From contig OZ059894.1 in NCBI GenBank assembly GCA_964057225.1, positions 12,090,001 to 12,154,000 of the forward strand: 64,000 nucleotides of DNA, in the 5' to 3' direction. Of this stretch, positions 8,305 to 21,580 are shown piece after piece. The translations under genes were made by a program, and so were the position numbers. How positions within the stretch are numbered: position 1 is the first letter of the stretch; every line of letters starts with the position of its first letter. The notes beneath the pieces were generated by a model. That model did no database searches. It had not been told where the DNA came from and was given only the letters and a program-made list of their open reading frames with translations. Source of the DNA: Auanema rhodensis. Lineage: Eukaryota > Animalia > Nematoda.

Positions 8305-9484
8305 ACAGTAAAAAGTCCAATCAAGAGAGAAATTTTTTCAACACATAGTTGTTTTTTTTTTAAATATCATTGTTTTTCCTCATAACTCGGTTTAAACTCG
8401 TTCTAACCCGTTGAAATACGTCTAGAAAGTCTTTATAACATGCATATGTATGATAGAACTTCATATTTATTGTAATAGAAAATTTTATTTTCAGACGTCT
8501 TGGTTAACAATGATATGTTTTACCCCCTTATAATTTTTATCATAATGTTCCTTATACGGAACGCTCAATGAAACTTGCTTCCAGAAAAATTTCTTTCTAT
8601 TTTTTCTTCATATGTACGTAGATACTATAGAGAACTATGATAGAAAACTTTAACATTCACGAAATCATCATTTCTCATTACGCTACGGAGGTTTAAAAAG
8701 CTGTGTTTTACCTTATAATAGACCGGAAAACCCTTGTGTTAAAACTGGACCGTTTTTACACATATAAAAATGTCCCGTATTCGGGACCCTAATGTAACTT
8801 TTGATTCCCTATATTTTTTTTCATGAAATTTACAATCTACTGTAGAAAGAAGAATTATTTTTATAAAAACTGTAAATTTTTGAAAAATGAAAACAAAACG
8901 AAAACAAAAACAACTTTTTTTTGAACATTTTCTCACACAAGGGTCCCCCCTTACCTACTTTTTTTCTCATTACTCGTTTCAACCTCATCCGATCACTCTG
9001 CAAACATGTTTAATCGTTCTAACTTGTTGAAATACGTCTTAAAAGTCTAAACAACATGCATATGCATAATAGAAACCACCCGAATAGGCCCCCACGCACT
9101 AAACGAGATATATACATTACCAGTATAGTAATAGAACACATATTGAAGATTAATTCGATAAGAACAATTTATTGACGTAGAGAATGTTTGTTCCGAAAAA
9201 CTACAATATTAAACTATAAAAGTAACAAAAGCGTAGAGGCAGCAAAGACATGAATAAACATAAATGTAAATACAGAATTACCAGGTAGTACATAAGTATG
9301 ACAAAAAATTATAAGAAAGCCATGAAAATAGAAGGTTTGTGAACAAATGAGAGGTACATCTTTGATCGTATAGTCATTTCTAAACCGTTCGTATGCTGCA
9401 GCATCGTCATAAGCGTCACTCAAGTTGAATTTCCATGTGTACTACACGATTTTCATTCTTATTGTTACATTCTTTCCCTGAGGG

Positions 9485-9632
9485 AATGGGCCGTTCCCGC
9501 CAGCAGTGCAAGAGCGGGTCGACCCGTGAGGTGGAGCTAGCAAGCCAGCATCTACCTCAAGTCTCAAAAATCGGTTAACCTTATTGTGAACCAATGGAAC
9601 ACATATCGAAGGTTAATTCGATAAGAACGATT
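9485..9632 (-). pseudogene. U2 3' part downstream of element B copy 1
   Basis: U2 breaks at ...gaacgatt|tattgacg. Confidence 0.9.
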
Positions 9633-10374
9633 TATTGACGTAGAGAATGTTTGTCCCGGAGGACTACAATTTAAAAAAATAATTACTGAAGCCGGAAGGC
9701 AGCGAGAAATAAAATGGATACTACCTGCACTGAGTGCGTCGTATCAAAAAAAAAAAGAGAATGATAGTCTTAAAGAAGAGAACAGCACATAAAGAAAAGT
9801 AGAACTTCCATCTGATGCTACGGGTTTAGAGGAATAGCTTATGTCAGATATCGGTTAAACATAAATGATTAGGGCAATTGCGGAACAAGGATAGTGTAAT
9901 TAACATTGTTTACAGAGTTCAGGTTCTGAAGCTACGGATAAAGAAGGGTTAGCTTGACAGATTGAAGTTAAAATGAACAACGTGGCATATTTCAGTACAG
10001 CACAATAGTAATAGCGAGACTACGGAAAAAAAAAAAAGCTCTGTTCTGGTCCTGGAACGGCGGCTTCGACGTCTTCTGGGTGCCACTGCGGTTTGAAGGG
10101 TCAGCTAGCTTAACAGTAGAACGGCGGCAAGGCGGAACAGGAGAAGAACATCGACGATCCTCCGGCTCGGCTGTCATAGTGTGCGACTTCTTGTTCATAA
10201 TGGTAGCGGTGTCCTCGTGCTTCTTCTTTCTCCACAAAAATTACTACACTATCTGAGCGGGAGAAGCCACAGATAACATAGGACCGCCTCAAGGCCTGGT
10301 AGATCAACCAGTGTTGCTTCAATCACCAAGTATTGCGGCCTGGGCCCTTGGATCAATTCACAACACCAGTATAG
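9633..10374 (-). mobile_element. Element B copy 1: 742-bp non-autonomous U2-targeted insertion (SINE-like or internally deleted retroelement)
   Basis: Same target site as A; ends TCAATAAA; no RT; preceded by U2 nt 1-79 (41-bp duplication); no extended similarity to A by eye. Confidence 0.85.
9992..10198 (-). CDS. Possible short ORF in element B (68 aa, MNKKSHTMTAEPEDRRCSSPVPP...), perhaps a remnant N-terminus of a parent element
   Basis: First ATG of the tracked ORF; GC-rich, Pro/Ser/Arg-rich; no domain recognised. Confidence 0.2.
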   Translation of the reverse strand: MNKKSHTMTAEPEDRRCSSPVPPCRRSTVKLADPSNRSGTQKTSKPPFQDQNRAFFFFRSLAITIVLY

Positions 10375-10453
10375 CAATGGAACACATATCGAAGGTTAAT
10401 TCGATAAGAACGATTACTACACTTTGATCTTAGCCAAAAGGCCGAGAAGCGAT
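10375..10453 (-). pseudogene. U2 nt 1-79 head fused to element B
   Basis: Exact match to U2. Confidence 0.9.
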
Positions 10454-10895
10454 ACAGCATAGCCATGAGTATCAAAGACATCAAGCAAATGTATCGTACT
10501 TGTTACGAGTGCACTCTCTCATTTGAATATAAAAGTGTGGTTTGACAATCTTGACTGTACAGGTCATAAATGGCTCATATAAACTGTGGATTTACTCAAC
10601 TTTTGGACTTATTTTTTTCTTATTCGAAGCGCTGCACTTTTTTCTATTCTTTTTATTCAAATACTTGTATATAGTTTTATATGTACGGTTGCAAAGTTTC
10701 CGAATATTTTATATATTTTTATACAATAATTAGGAGAAGGTTAATACAATGAAATCTCCCAACTTTACAGTGTTTGTATTGCTTACAGTATCTAGAACAA
10801 CCACTCTTGTAATATTAGAGCACATATCAATCAACAACTTTTTCTAGTTATCAAAGCTTTTTTATTTCTTCAAGATATTTCAAATAAAATATAAA

Positions 10896-11014
10896 AGCTT
10901 ACGACACCCGGGATTCCCAAGCCGTCTCCGATCCAAGTACTAACCGGGCCCAACGTTGCTTGACTTGCCAGATCGGACGGGATGGCGTACTTTCAACGTG
11001 GTATGGTCGTAAGC
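10896..11014 (-). rRNA. 5S rRNA
   Basis: Copy of 1225-1343. Confidence 0.96.
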
Positions 11015-11255
11015 AATGTTATATTCTTCATTATCAGTTATATCACTCTAAATCTTGTTGTTAATAGTTAGGACCACAAAGAAAACAACAGGAACAGTAA
11101 CAAATGAAATGCCCAAACTTTACAGTGTTCGAGTTATTTACAGTATCTAAGACTACCTCTGTCGTGTTATTAGAGCAAACATTCGATTAACAACAACTTT
11201 TTTTTAGTTATCAAAGCTTTTTTATTTCTTCAAAAAATTTCAAATAAAATATAAA

Positions 11256-11374
11256 AGCTTACGACACCCGGGATTCCCAAGCCGTCTCCGATCCAAGTAC
11301 TAACCGGGCCCAACGTTGCTTGACTTGCCAGATCGGACGGGATGGCGTACTTTCAACGTGGTATGGTCGTAAGC
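11256..11374 (-). rRNA. 5S rRNA
   Basis: Copy of 1225-1343. Confidence 0.96.
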
Positions 11375-11516
11375 AATGTCATATTCTTCATTATCAGTTA
11401 TATCACTCTAAATCTTGTTGTTAATAGATACGACCACAAAGAAAACAACAGGAACAGTAACAATAACAAAAAAAATTTTTTTTTCACCTATGTGTCTAAA
11501 GGTTAGCCATGTATCC

Positions 11517-11566
<50 letters not shown>

Positions 11567-12746
11567 ACAGTAAAAAGTCCAATCAAGAGAGAAATTTTTT
11601 CAACACATAGTTGTTTTTTTTTTAAATATCATTGTTTTTCCTCATAACTCGGTTTAAACTCGTTCTAACCCGTTGAAATACGTCTAGAAAGTCTTTATAA
11701 CATGCATATGTATGATAGAACTTCATATTTATTGTAATAGAAAATTTTATTTTCAGACGTCTTGGTTAACAATGATATGTTTTACCCCCTTATAATTTTT
11801 ATCATAATGTTCCTTATACGGAACGCTCAATGAAACTTGCTTCCAGAAAAATTTCTTTCTATTTTTTCTTCATATGTACGTAGATACTATAGAGAACTAT
11901 GATAGAAAACTTTAACATTCACGAAATCATCATTTCTCATTACGCTACGGAGGTTTAAAAAGCTGTGTTTTACCTTATAATAGACCGGAAAACCCTTGTG
12001 TTAAAACTGGACCGTTTTTACACATATAAAAATGTCCCGTATTCGGGACCCTAATGTAACTTTTGATTCCCTATATTTTTTTTCATGAAATTTACAATCT
12101 ACTGTAGAAAGAAGAATTATTTTTATAAAAACTGTAAATTTTTGAAAAATGAAAACAAAACGAAAACAAAAACAACTTTTTTTTGAACATTTTCTCACAC
12201 AAGGGTCCCCCCTTACCTACTTTTTTTCTCATTACTCGTTTCAACCTCATCCGATCACTCTGCAAACATGTTTAATCGTTCTAACTTGTTGAAATACGTC
12301 TTAAAAGTCTAAACAACATGCATATGCATAATAGAAACCACCCGAATAGGCCCCCACGCACTAAACGAGATATATACATTACCAGTATAGTAATAGAACA
12401 CATATTGAAGATTAATTCGATAAGAACAATTTATTGACGTAGAGAATGTTTGTTCCGAAAAACTACAATATTAAACTATAAAAGTAACAAAAGCGTAGAG
12501 GCAGCAAAGACATGAATAAACATAAATGTAAATACAGAATTACCAGGTAGTACATAAGTATGACAAAAAATTATAAGAAAGCCATGAAAATAGAAGGTTT
12601 GTGAACAAATGAGAGGTACATCTTTGATCGTATAGTCATTTCTAAACCGTTCGTATGCTGCAGCATCGTCATAAGCGTCACTCAAGTTGAATTTCCATGT
12701 GTACTACACGATTTTCATTCTTATTGTTACATTCTTTCCCTGAGGG

Positions 12747-12894
12747 AATGGGCCGTTCCCGCCAGCAGTGCAAGAGCGGGTCGACCCGTGAGGTGGAGCT
12801 AGCAAGCCAGCATCTACCTCAAGTCTCAAAAATCGGTTAACCTTATTGTGAACCAATGGAACACATATCGAAGGTTAATTCGATAAGAACGATT
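12747..12894 (-). pseudogene. U2 3' part downstream of element B copy 2
   Basis: As 9485-9632. Confidence 0.9.
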
Positions 12895-13636
12895 TATTGA
12901 CGTAGAGAATGTTTGTCCCGGAGGACTACAATTTAAAAAAATAATTACTGAAGCCGGAAGGCAGCGAGAAATAAAATGGATACTACCTGCACTGAGTGCG
13001 TCGTATCAAAAAAAAAAAGAGAATGATAGTCTTAAAGAAGAGAACAGCACATAAAGAAAAGTAGAACTTCCATCTGATGCTACGGGTTTAGAGGAATAGC
13101 TTATGTCAGATATCGGTTAAACATAAATGATTAGGGCAATTGCGGAACAAGGATAGTGTAATTAACATTGTTTACAGAGTTCAGGTTCTGAAGCTACGGA
13201 TAAAGAAGGGTTAGCTTGACAGATTGAAGTTAAAATGAACAACGTGGCATATTTCAGTACAGCACAATAGTAATAGCGAGACTACGGAAAAAAAAAAAAG
13301 CTCTGTTCTGGTCCTGGAACGGCGGCTTCGACGTCTTCTGGGTGCCACTGCGGTTTGAAGGGTCAGCTAGCTTAACAGTAGAACGGCGGCAAGGCGGAAC
13401 AGGAGAAGAACATCGACGATCCTCCGGCTCGGCTGTCATAGTGTGCGACTTCTTGTTCATAATGGTAGCGGTGTCCTCGTGCTTCTTCTTTCTCCACAAA
13501 AATTACTACACTATCTGAGCGGGAGAAGCCACAGATAACATAGGACCGCCTCAAGGCCTGGTAGATCAACCAGTGTTGCTTCAATCACCAAGTATTGCGG
13601 CCTGGGCCCTTGGATCAATTCACAACACCAGTATAG
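12895..13636 (-). mobile_element. Element B copy 2
   Basis: Apparently identical to 9633-10374, same junctions. Confidence 0.85.
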
Positions 13637-13715
13637 CAATGGAACACATATCGAAGGTTAATTCGATAAGAACGATTACTACACTTTGATCTTAGCCAAA
13701 AGGCCGAGAAGCGAT
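13637..13715 (-). pseudogene. U2 nt 1-79 head fused to element B
   Basis: Exact match to U2. Confidence 0.9.
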
Positions 13716-14157
13716 ACAGCATAGCCATGAGTATCAAAGACATCAAGCAAATGTATCGTACTTGTTACGAGTGCACTCTCTCATTTGAATATAAAAGTGT
13801 GGTTTGACAATCTTGACTGTACAGGTCATAAATGGCTCATATAAACTGTGGATTTACTCAACTTTTGGACTTATTTTTTTCTTATTCGAAGCGCTGCACT
13901 TTTTTCTATTCTTTTTATTCAAATACTTGTATATAGTTTTATATGTACGGTTGCAAAGTTTCCGAATATTTTATATATTTTTATACAATAATTAGGAGAA
14001 GGTTAATACAATGAAATCTCCCAACTTTACAGTGTTTGTATTGCTTACAGTATCTAGAACAACCACTCTTGTAATATTAGAGCACATATCAATCAACAAC
14101 TTTTTCTAGTTATCAAAGCTTTTTTATTTCTTCAAGATATTTCAAATAAAATATAAA

Positions 14158-14276
14158 AGCTTACGACACCCGGGATTCCCAAGCCGTCTCCGATCCAAGT
14201 ACTAACCGGGCCCAACGTTGCTTGACTTGCCAGATCGGACGGGATGGCGTACTTTCAACGTGGTATGGTCGTAAGC
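14158..14276 (-). rRNA. 5S rRNA
   Basis: Copy of 1225-1343. Confidence 0.96.
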
Positions 14277-14517
14277 AATGTTATATTCTTCATTATCAGT
14301 TATATCACTCTAAATCTTGTTGTTAATAGTTAGGACCACAAAGAAAACAACAGGAACAGTAACAAATGAAATGCCCAAACTTTACAGTGTTCGAGTTATT
14401 TACAGTATCTAAGACTACCTCTGTCGTGTTATTAGAGCAAACATTCGATTAACAACAACTTTTTTTTAGTTATCAAAGCTTTTTTATTTCTTCAAAAAAT
14501 TTCAAATAAAATATAAA

Positions 14518-14636
14518 AGCTTACGACACCCGGGATTCCCAAGCCGTCTCCGATCCAAGTACTAACCGGGCCCAACGTTGCTTGACTTGCCAGATCGGAC
14601 GGGATGGCGTACTTTCAACGTGGTATGGTCGTAAGC
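14518..14636 (-). rRNA. 5S rRNA
   Basis: Copy of 1225-1343. Confidence 0.96.
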
Positions 14637-14778
14637 AATGTCATATTCTTCATTATCAGTTATATCACTCTAAATCTTGTTGTTAATAGATACGACCACA
14701 AAGAAAACAACAGGAACAGTAACAATAACAAAAAAAATTTTTTTTTCACCTATGTGTCTAAAGGTTAGCCATGTATCC

Positions 14779-14820
<42 letters not shown>

Positions 14821-16000
14821 ACAGTAAAAAGTCCAATCAAGAGAGAAATTTTTTCAACACATAGTTGTTTTTTTTTTAAATATCATTGTTTTTCCTCATA
14901 ACTCGGTTTAAACTCGTTCTAACCCGTTGAAATACGTCTAGAAAGTCTTTATAACATGCATATGTATGATAGAACTTCATATTTATTGTAATAGAAAATT
15001 TTATTTTCAGACGTCTTGGTTAACAATGATATGTTTTACCCCCTTATAATTTTTATCATAATGTTCCTTATACGGAACGCTCAATGAAACTTGCTTCCAG
15101 AAAAATTTCTTTCTATTTTTTCTTCATATGTACGTAGATACTATAGAGAACTATGATAGAAAACTTTAACATTCACGAAATCATCATTTCTCATTACGCT
15201 ACGGAGGTTTAAAAAGCTGTGTTTTACCTTATAATAGACCGGAAAACCCTTGTGTTAAAACTGGACCGTTTTTACACATATAAAAATGTCCCGTATTCGG
15301 GACCCTAATGTAACTTTTGATTCCCTATATTTTTTTTCATGAAATTTACAATCTACTGTAGAAAGAAGAATTATTTTTATAAAAACTGTAAATTTTTGAA
15401 AAATGAAAACAAAACGAAAACAAAAACAACTTTTTTTTGAACATTTTCTCACACAAGGGTCCCCCCTTACCTACTTTTTTTCTCATTACTCGTTTCAACC
15501 TCATCCGATCACTCTGCAAACATGTTTAATCGTTCTAACTTGTTGAAATACGTCTTAAAAGTCTAAACAACATGCATATGCATAATAGAAACCACCCGAA
15601 TAGGCCCCCACGCACTAAACGAGATATATACATTACCAGTATAGTAATAGAACACATATTGAAGATTAATTCGATAAGAACAATTTATTGACGTAGAGAA
15701 TGTTTGTTCCGAAAAACTACAATATTAAACTATAAAAGTAACAAAAGCGTAGAGGCAGCAAAGACATGAATAAACATAAATGTAAATACAGAATTACCAG
15801 GTAGTACATAAGTATGACAAAAAATTATAAGAAAGCCATGAAAATAGAAGGTTTGTGAACAAATGAGAGGTACATCTTTGATCGTATAGTCATTTCTAAA
15901 CCGTTCGTATGCTGCAGCATCGTCATAAGCGTCACTCAAGTTGAATTTCCATGTGTACTACACGATTTTCATTCTTATTGTTACATTCTTTCCCTGAGGG

Positions 16001-16186
16001 AATGGGCCGTTCCCGCCAGCAGTGCAAGAGCGGGTCGACCCGTGAGGTGGAGCTAGCAAGCCAGCATCTACCTCAAGTCTCAAAAATCGGTTAACCTTAT
16101 TGTGAACCAATGGAACACATATCGAAGGTTAATTCGATAAGAACGATTACTACACTTTGATCTTAGCCAAAAGGCCGAGAAGCGAT
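16001..16186 (-). ncRNA. U2: U2 snRNA, intact
   Basis: Copy of 597-782. Confidence 0.95.
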
Positions 16187-16628
16187 ACAGCATAGCCATG
16201 AGTATCAAAGACATCAAGCAAATGTATCGTACTTGTTACGAGTGCACTCTCTCATTTGAATATAAAAGTGTGGTTTGACAATCTTGACTGTACAGGTCAT
16301 AAATGGCTCATATAAACTGTGGATTTACTCAACTTTTGGACTTATTTTTTTCTTATTCGAAGCGCTGCACTTTTTTCTATTCTTTTTATTCAAATACTTG
16401 TATATAGTTTTATATGTACGGTTGCAAAGTTTCCGAATATTTTATATATTTTTATACAATAATTAGGAGAAGGTTAATACAATGAAATCTCCCAACTTTA
16501 CAGTGTTTGTATTGCTTACAGTATCTAGAACAACCACTCTTGTAATATTAGAGCACATATCAATCAACAACTTTTTCTAGTTATCAAAGTTTTTTTATTT
16601 CTTCAAGATATTTCAAATAAAATATAAA

Positions 16629-16747
16629 AGCTTACGACACCCGGGATTCCCAAGCCGTCTCCGATCCAAGTACTAACCGGGCCCAACGTTGCTTGACTTG
16701 CCAGATCGGACGGGATGGCGTACTTTCAACGTGGTATGGTCGTAAGC
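16629..16747 (-). rRNA. 5S rRNA (only copy in this shortened unit)
   Basis: Copy of 1225-1343; unit is 360 bp shorter. Confidence 0.96.
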
Positions 16748-16889
16748 AATGTTATATTCTTCATTATCAGTTATATCACTCTAAATCTTGTTGTTAATAG
16801 TTAGGACCACAAAGAAAACAACAGGAACAGTAACAATAACAAAAAAAATTTTTTTTTCACCTATGTGTCTAAAGGTTAGCCATGTATCC

Positions 16890-16935
<46 letters not shown>

Positions 16936-18115
16936 ACAGTAAAAAGTCCAATCAAGAGAGAAATTTTTTCAACACATAGTTGTTTTTTTTTTAAATATCA
17001 TTGTTTTTCCTCATAACTCGGTTTAAACTCGTTCTAACCCGTTGAAATACGTCTAGAAAGTCTTTATAACATGCATATGTATGATAGAACTTCATATTTA
17101 TTGTAATAGAAAATTTTATTTTCAGACGTCTTGGTTAACAATGATATGTTTTACCCCCTTATAATTTTTATCATAATGTTCCTTATACGGAACGCTCAAT
17201 GAAACTTGCTTCCAGAAAAATTTCTTTCTATTTTTTCTTCATATGTACGTAGATACTATAGAGAACTATGATAGAAAACTTTAACATTCACGAAATCATC
17301 ATTTCTCATTACGCTACGGAGGTTTAAAAAGCTGTGTTTTACCTTATAATAGACCGGAAAACCCTTGTGTTAAAACTGGACCGTTTTTACACATATAAAA
17401 ATGTCCCGTATTCGGGACCCTAATGTAACTTTTGATTCCCTATATTTTTTTTCATGAAATTTACAATCTACTGTAGAAAGAAGAATTATTTTTATAAAAA
17501 CTGTAAATTTTTGAAAAATGAAAACAAAACGAAAACAAAAACAACTTTTTTTTGAACATTTTCTCACACAAGGGTCCCCCCTTACCTACTTTTTTTCTCA
17601 TTACTCGTTTCAACCTCATCCGATCACTCTGCAAACATGTTTAATCGTTCTAACTTGTTGAAATACGTCTTAAAAGTCTAAACAACATGCATATGCATAA
17701 TAGAAACCACCCGAATAGGCCCCCACGCACTAAACGAGATATATACATTACCAGTATAGTAATAGAACACATATTGAAGATTAATTCGATAAGAACAATT
17801 TATTGACGTAGAGAATGTTTGTTCCGAAAAACTACAATATTAAACTATAAAAGTAACAAAAGCGTAGAGGCAGCAAAGACATGAATAAACATAAATGTAA
17901 ATACAGAATTACCAGGTAGTACATAAGTATGACAAAAAATTATAAGAAAGCCATGAAAATAGAAGGTTTGTGAACAAATGAGAGGTACATCTTTGATCGT
18001 ATAGTCATTTCTAAACCGTTCGTATGCTGCAGCATCGTCATAAGCGTCACTCAAGTTGAATTTCCATGTGTACTACACGATTTTCATTCTTATTGTTACA
18101 TTCTTTCCCTGAGGG

Positions 18116-18301
18116 AATGGGCCGTTCCCGCCAGCAGTGCAAGAGCGGGTCGACCCGTGAGGTGGAGCTAGCAAGCCAGCATCTACCTCAAGTCTCAAAA
18201 ATCGGTTAACCTTATTGTGAACCAATGGAACACATATCGAAGGTTAATTCGATAAGAACGATTACTACACTTTGATCTTAGCCAAAAGGCCGAGAAGCGA
18301 T
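18116..18301 (-). ncRNA. U2: U2 snRNA, intact
   Basis: Copy of 597-782. Confidence 0.95.
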
Positions 18302-18743
18302 ACAGCATAGCCATGAGTATCAAAGACATCAAGCAAATGTATCGTACTTGTTACGAGTGCACTCTCTCATTTGAATATAAAAGTGTGGTTTGACAATCTT
18401 GACTGTACAGGTCATAAATGGCTCATATAAACTGTGGATTTACTCAACTTTTGGACTTATTTTTTTCTTATTCGAAGCGCTGCACTTTTTTCTATTCTTT
18501 TTATTCAAATACTTGTATATAGTTTTATATGTACGGTTGCAAAGTTTCCGAATATTTTATATATTTTTATACAATAATTAGGAGAAGGTTAATACAATGA
18601 AATCTCCCAACTTTACAGTGTTTGTATTGCTTACAGTATCTAGAACAACCACTCTTGTAATATTAGAGCACATATCAATCAACAACTTTTTCTAGTTATC
18701 AAAGTTTTTTTATTTCTTCAAGATATTTCAAATAAAATATAAA

Positions 18744-18862
18744 AGCTTACGACACCCGGGATTCCCAAGCCGTCTCCGATCCAAGTACTAACCGGGCCCA
18801 ACGTTGCTTGACTTGCCAGATCGGACGGGATGGCGTACTTTCAACGTGGTATGGTCGTAAGC
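18744..18862 (-). rRNA. 5S rRNA
   Basis: Copy of 1225-1343. Confidence 0.96.
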
Positions 18863-19103
18863 AATGTTATATTCTTCATTATCAGTTATATCACTCTAAA
18901 TCTTGTTGTTAATAGTTAGGACCACAAAGAAAACAACAGGAACAGTAACAAATGAAATGCCCAAACTTTACAGTGTTCGAGTTATTTACAGTATCTAAGA
19001 CTACCTCTGTCGTGTTATTAGAGCAAACATTCGATTAACAACAACTTTTTTTTAGTTATCAAAGCTTTTTTATTTCTTCAAAAAATTTCAAATAAAATAT
19101 AAA

Positions 19104-19222
19104 AGCTTACGACACCCGGGATTCCCAAGCCGTCTCCGATCCAAGTACTAACCGGGCCCAACGTTGCTTGACTTGCCAGATCGGACGGGATGGCGTACTT
19201 TCAACGTGGTATGGTCGTAAGC
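19104..19222 (-). rRNA. 5S rRNA
   Basis: Copy of 1225-1343. Confidence 0.96.
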
Positions 19223-19364
19223 AATGTCATATTCTTCATTATCAGTTATATCACTCTAAATCTTGTTGTTAATAGATACGACCACAAAGAAAACAACAGG
19301 AACAGTAACAATAACAAAAAAAATTTTTTTTTCACCTATGTGTCTAAAGGTTAGCCATGTATCC

Positions 19365-19412
<48 letters not shown>

Positions 19413-20592
19413 ACAGTAAAAAGTCCAATCAAGAGAGAAATTTTTTCAACACATAGTTGTTTTTTTTTTAAATATCATTGTTTTTCCTCATAACTCGGTT
19501 TAAACTCGTTCTAACCCGTTGAAATACGTCTAGAAAGTCTTTATAACATGCATATGTATGATAGAACTTCATATTTATTGTAATAGAAAATTTTATTTTC
19601 AGACGTCTTGGTTAACAATGATATGTTTTACCCCCTTATAATTTTTATCATAATGTTCCTTATACGGAACGCTCAATGAAACTTGCTTCCAGAAAAATTT
19701 CTTTCTATTTTTTCTTCATATGTACGTAGATACTATAGAGAACTATGATAGAAAACTTTAACATTCACGAAATCATCATTTCTCATTACGCTACGGAGGT
19801 TTAAAAAGCTGTGTTTTACCTTATAATAGACCGGAAAACCCTTGTGTTAAAACTGGACCGTTTTTACACATATAAAAATGTCCCGTATTCGGGACCCTAA
19901 TGTAACTTTTGATTCCCTATATTTTTTTTCATGAAATTTACAATCTACTGTAGAAAGAAGAATTATTTTTATAAAAACTGTAAATTTTTGAAAAATGAAA
20001 ACAAAACGAAAACAAAAACAACTTTTTTTTGAACATTTTCTCACACAAGGGTCCCCCCTTACCTACTTTTTTTCTCATTACTCGTTTCAACCTCATCCGA
20101 TCACTCTGCAAACATGTTTAATCGTTCTAACTTGTTGAAATACGTCTTAAAAGTCTAAACAACATGCATATGCATAATAGAAACCACCCGAATAGGCCCC
20201 CACGCACTAAACGAGATATATACATTACCAGTATAGTAATAGAACACATATTGAAGATTAATTCGATAAGAACAATTTATTGACGTAGAGAATGTTTGTT
20301 CCGAAAAACTACAATATTAAACTATAAAAGTAACAAAAGCGTAGAGGCAGCAAAGACATGAATAAACATAAATGTAAATACAGAATTACCAGGTAGTACA
20401 TAAGTATGACAAAAAATTATAAGAAAGCCATGAAAATAGAAGGTTTGTGAACAAATGAGAGGTACATCTTTGATCGTATAGTCATTTCTAAACCGTTCGT
20501 ATGCTGCAGCATCGTCATAAGCGTCACTCAAGTTGAATTTCCATGTGTACTACACGATTTTCATTCTTATTGTTACATTCTTTCCCTGAGGG

Positions 20593-20778
20593 AATGGGCC
20601 GTTCCCGCCAGCAGTGCAAGAGCGGGTCGACCCGTGAGGTGGAGCTAGCAAGCCAGCATCTACCTCAAGTCTCAAAAATCGGTTAACCTTATTGTGAACC
20701 AATGGAACACATATCGAAGGTTAATTCGATAAGAACGATTACTACACTTTGATCTTAGCCAAAAGGCCGAGAAGCGAT
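20593..20778 (-). ncRNA. U2: U2 snRNA, intact
   Basis: Copy of 597-782. Confidence 0.95.
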
Positions 20779-21220
20779 ACAGCATAGCCATGAGTATCAA
20801 AGACATCAAGCAAATGTATCGTACTTGTTACGAGTGCACTCTCTCATTTGAATATAAAAGTGTGGTTTGACAATCTTGACTGTACAGGTCATAAATGGCT
20901 CATATAAACTGTGGATTTACTCAACTTTTGGACTTATTTTTTTCTTATTCGAAGCGCTGCACTTTTTTCTATTCTTTTTATTCAAATACTTGTATATAGT
21001 TTTATATGTACGGTTGCAAAGTTTCCGAATATTTTATATATTTTTATACAATAATTAGGAGAAGGTTAATACAATGAAATCTCCCAACTTTACAGTGTTT
21101 GTATTGCTTACAGTATCTAGAACAACCACTCTTGTAATATTAGAGCACATATCAATCAACAACTTTTTCTAGTTATCAAAGCTTTTTTATTTCTTCAAGA
21201 TATTTCAAATAAAATATAAA

Positions 21221-21339
21221 AGCTTACGACACCCGGGATTCCCAAGCCGTCTCCGATCCAAGTACTAACCGGGCCCAACGTTGCTTGACTTGCCAGATCG
21301 GACGGGATGGCGTACTTTCAACGTGGTATGGTCGTAAGC
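21221..21339 (-). rRNA. 5S rRNA
   Basis: Copy of 1225-1343. Confidence 0.96.
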
Positions 21340-21580
21340 AATGTTATATTCTTCATTATCAGTTATATCACTCTAAATCTTGTTGTTAATAGTTAGGACC
21401 ACAAAGAAAACAACAGGAACAGTAACAAATGAAATGCCCAAACTTTACAGTGTTCGAGTTATTTACAGTATCTAAGACTACCTCTGTCGTGTTATTAGAG
21501 CAAACATTCGATTAACAACAACTTTTTTTTAGTTATCAAAGCTTTTTTATTTCTTCAAAAAATTTCAAATAAAATATAAA

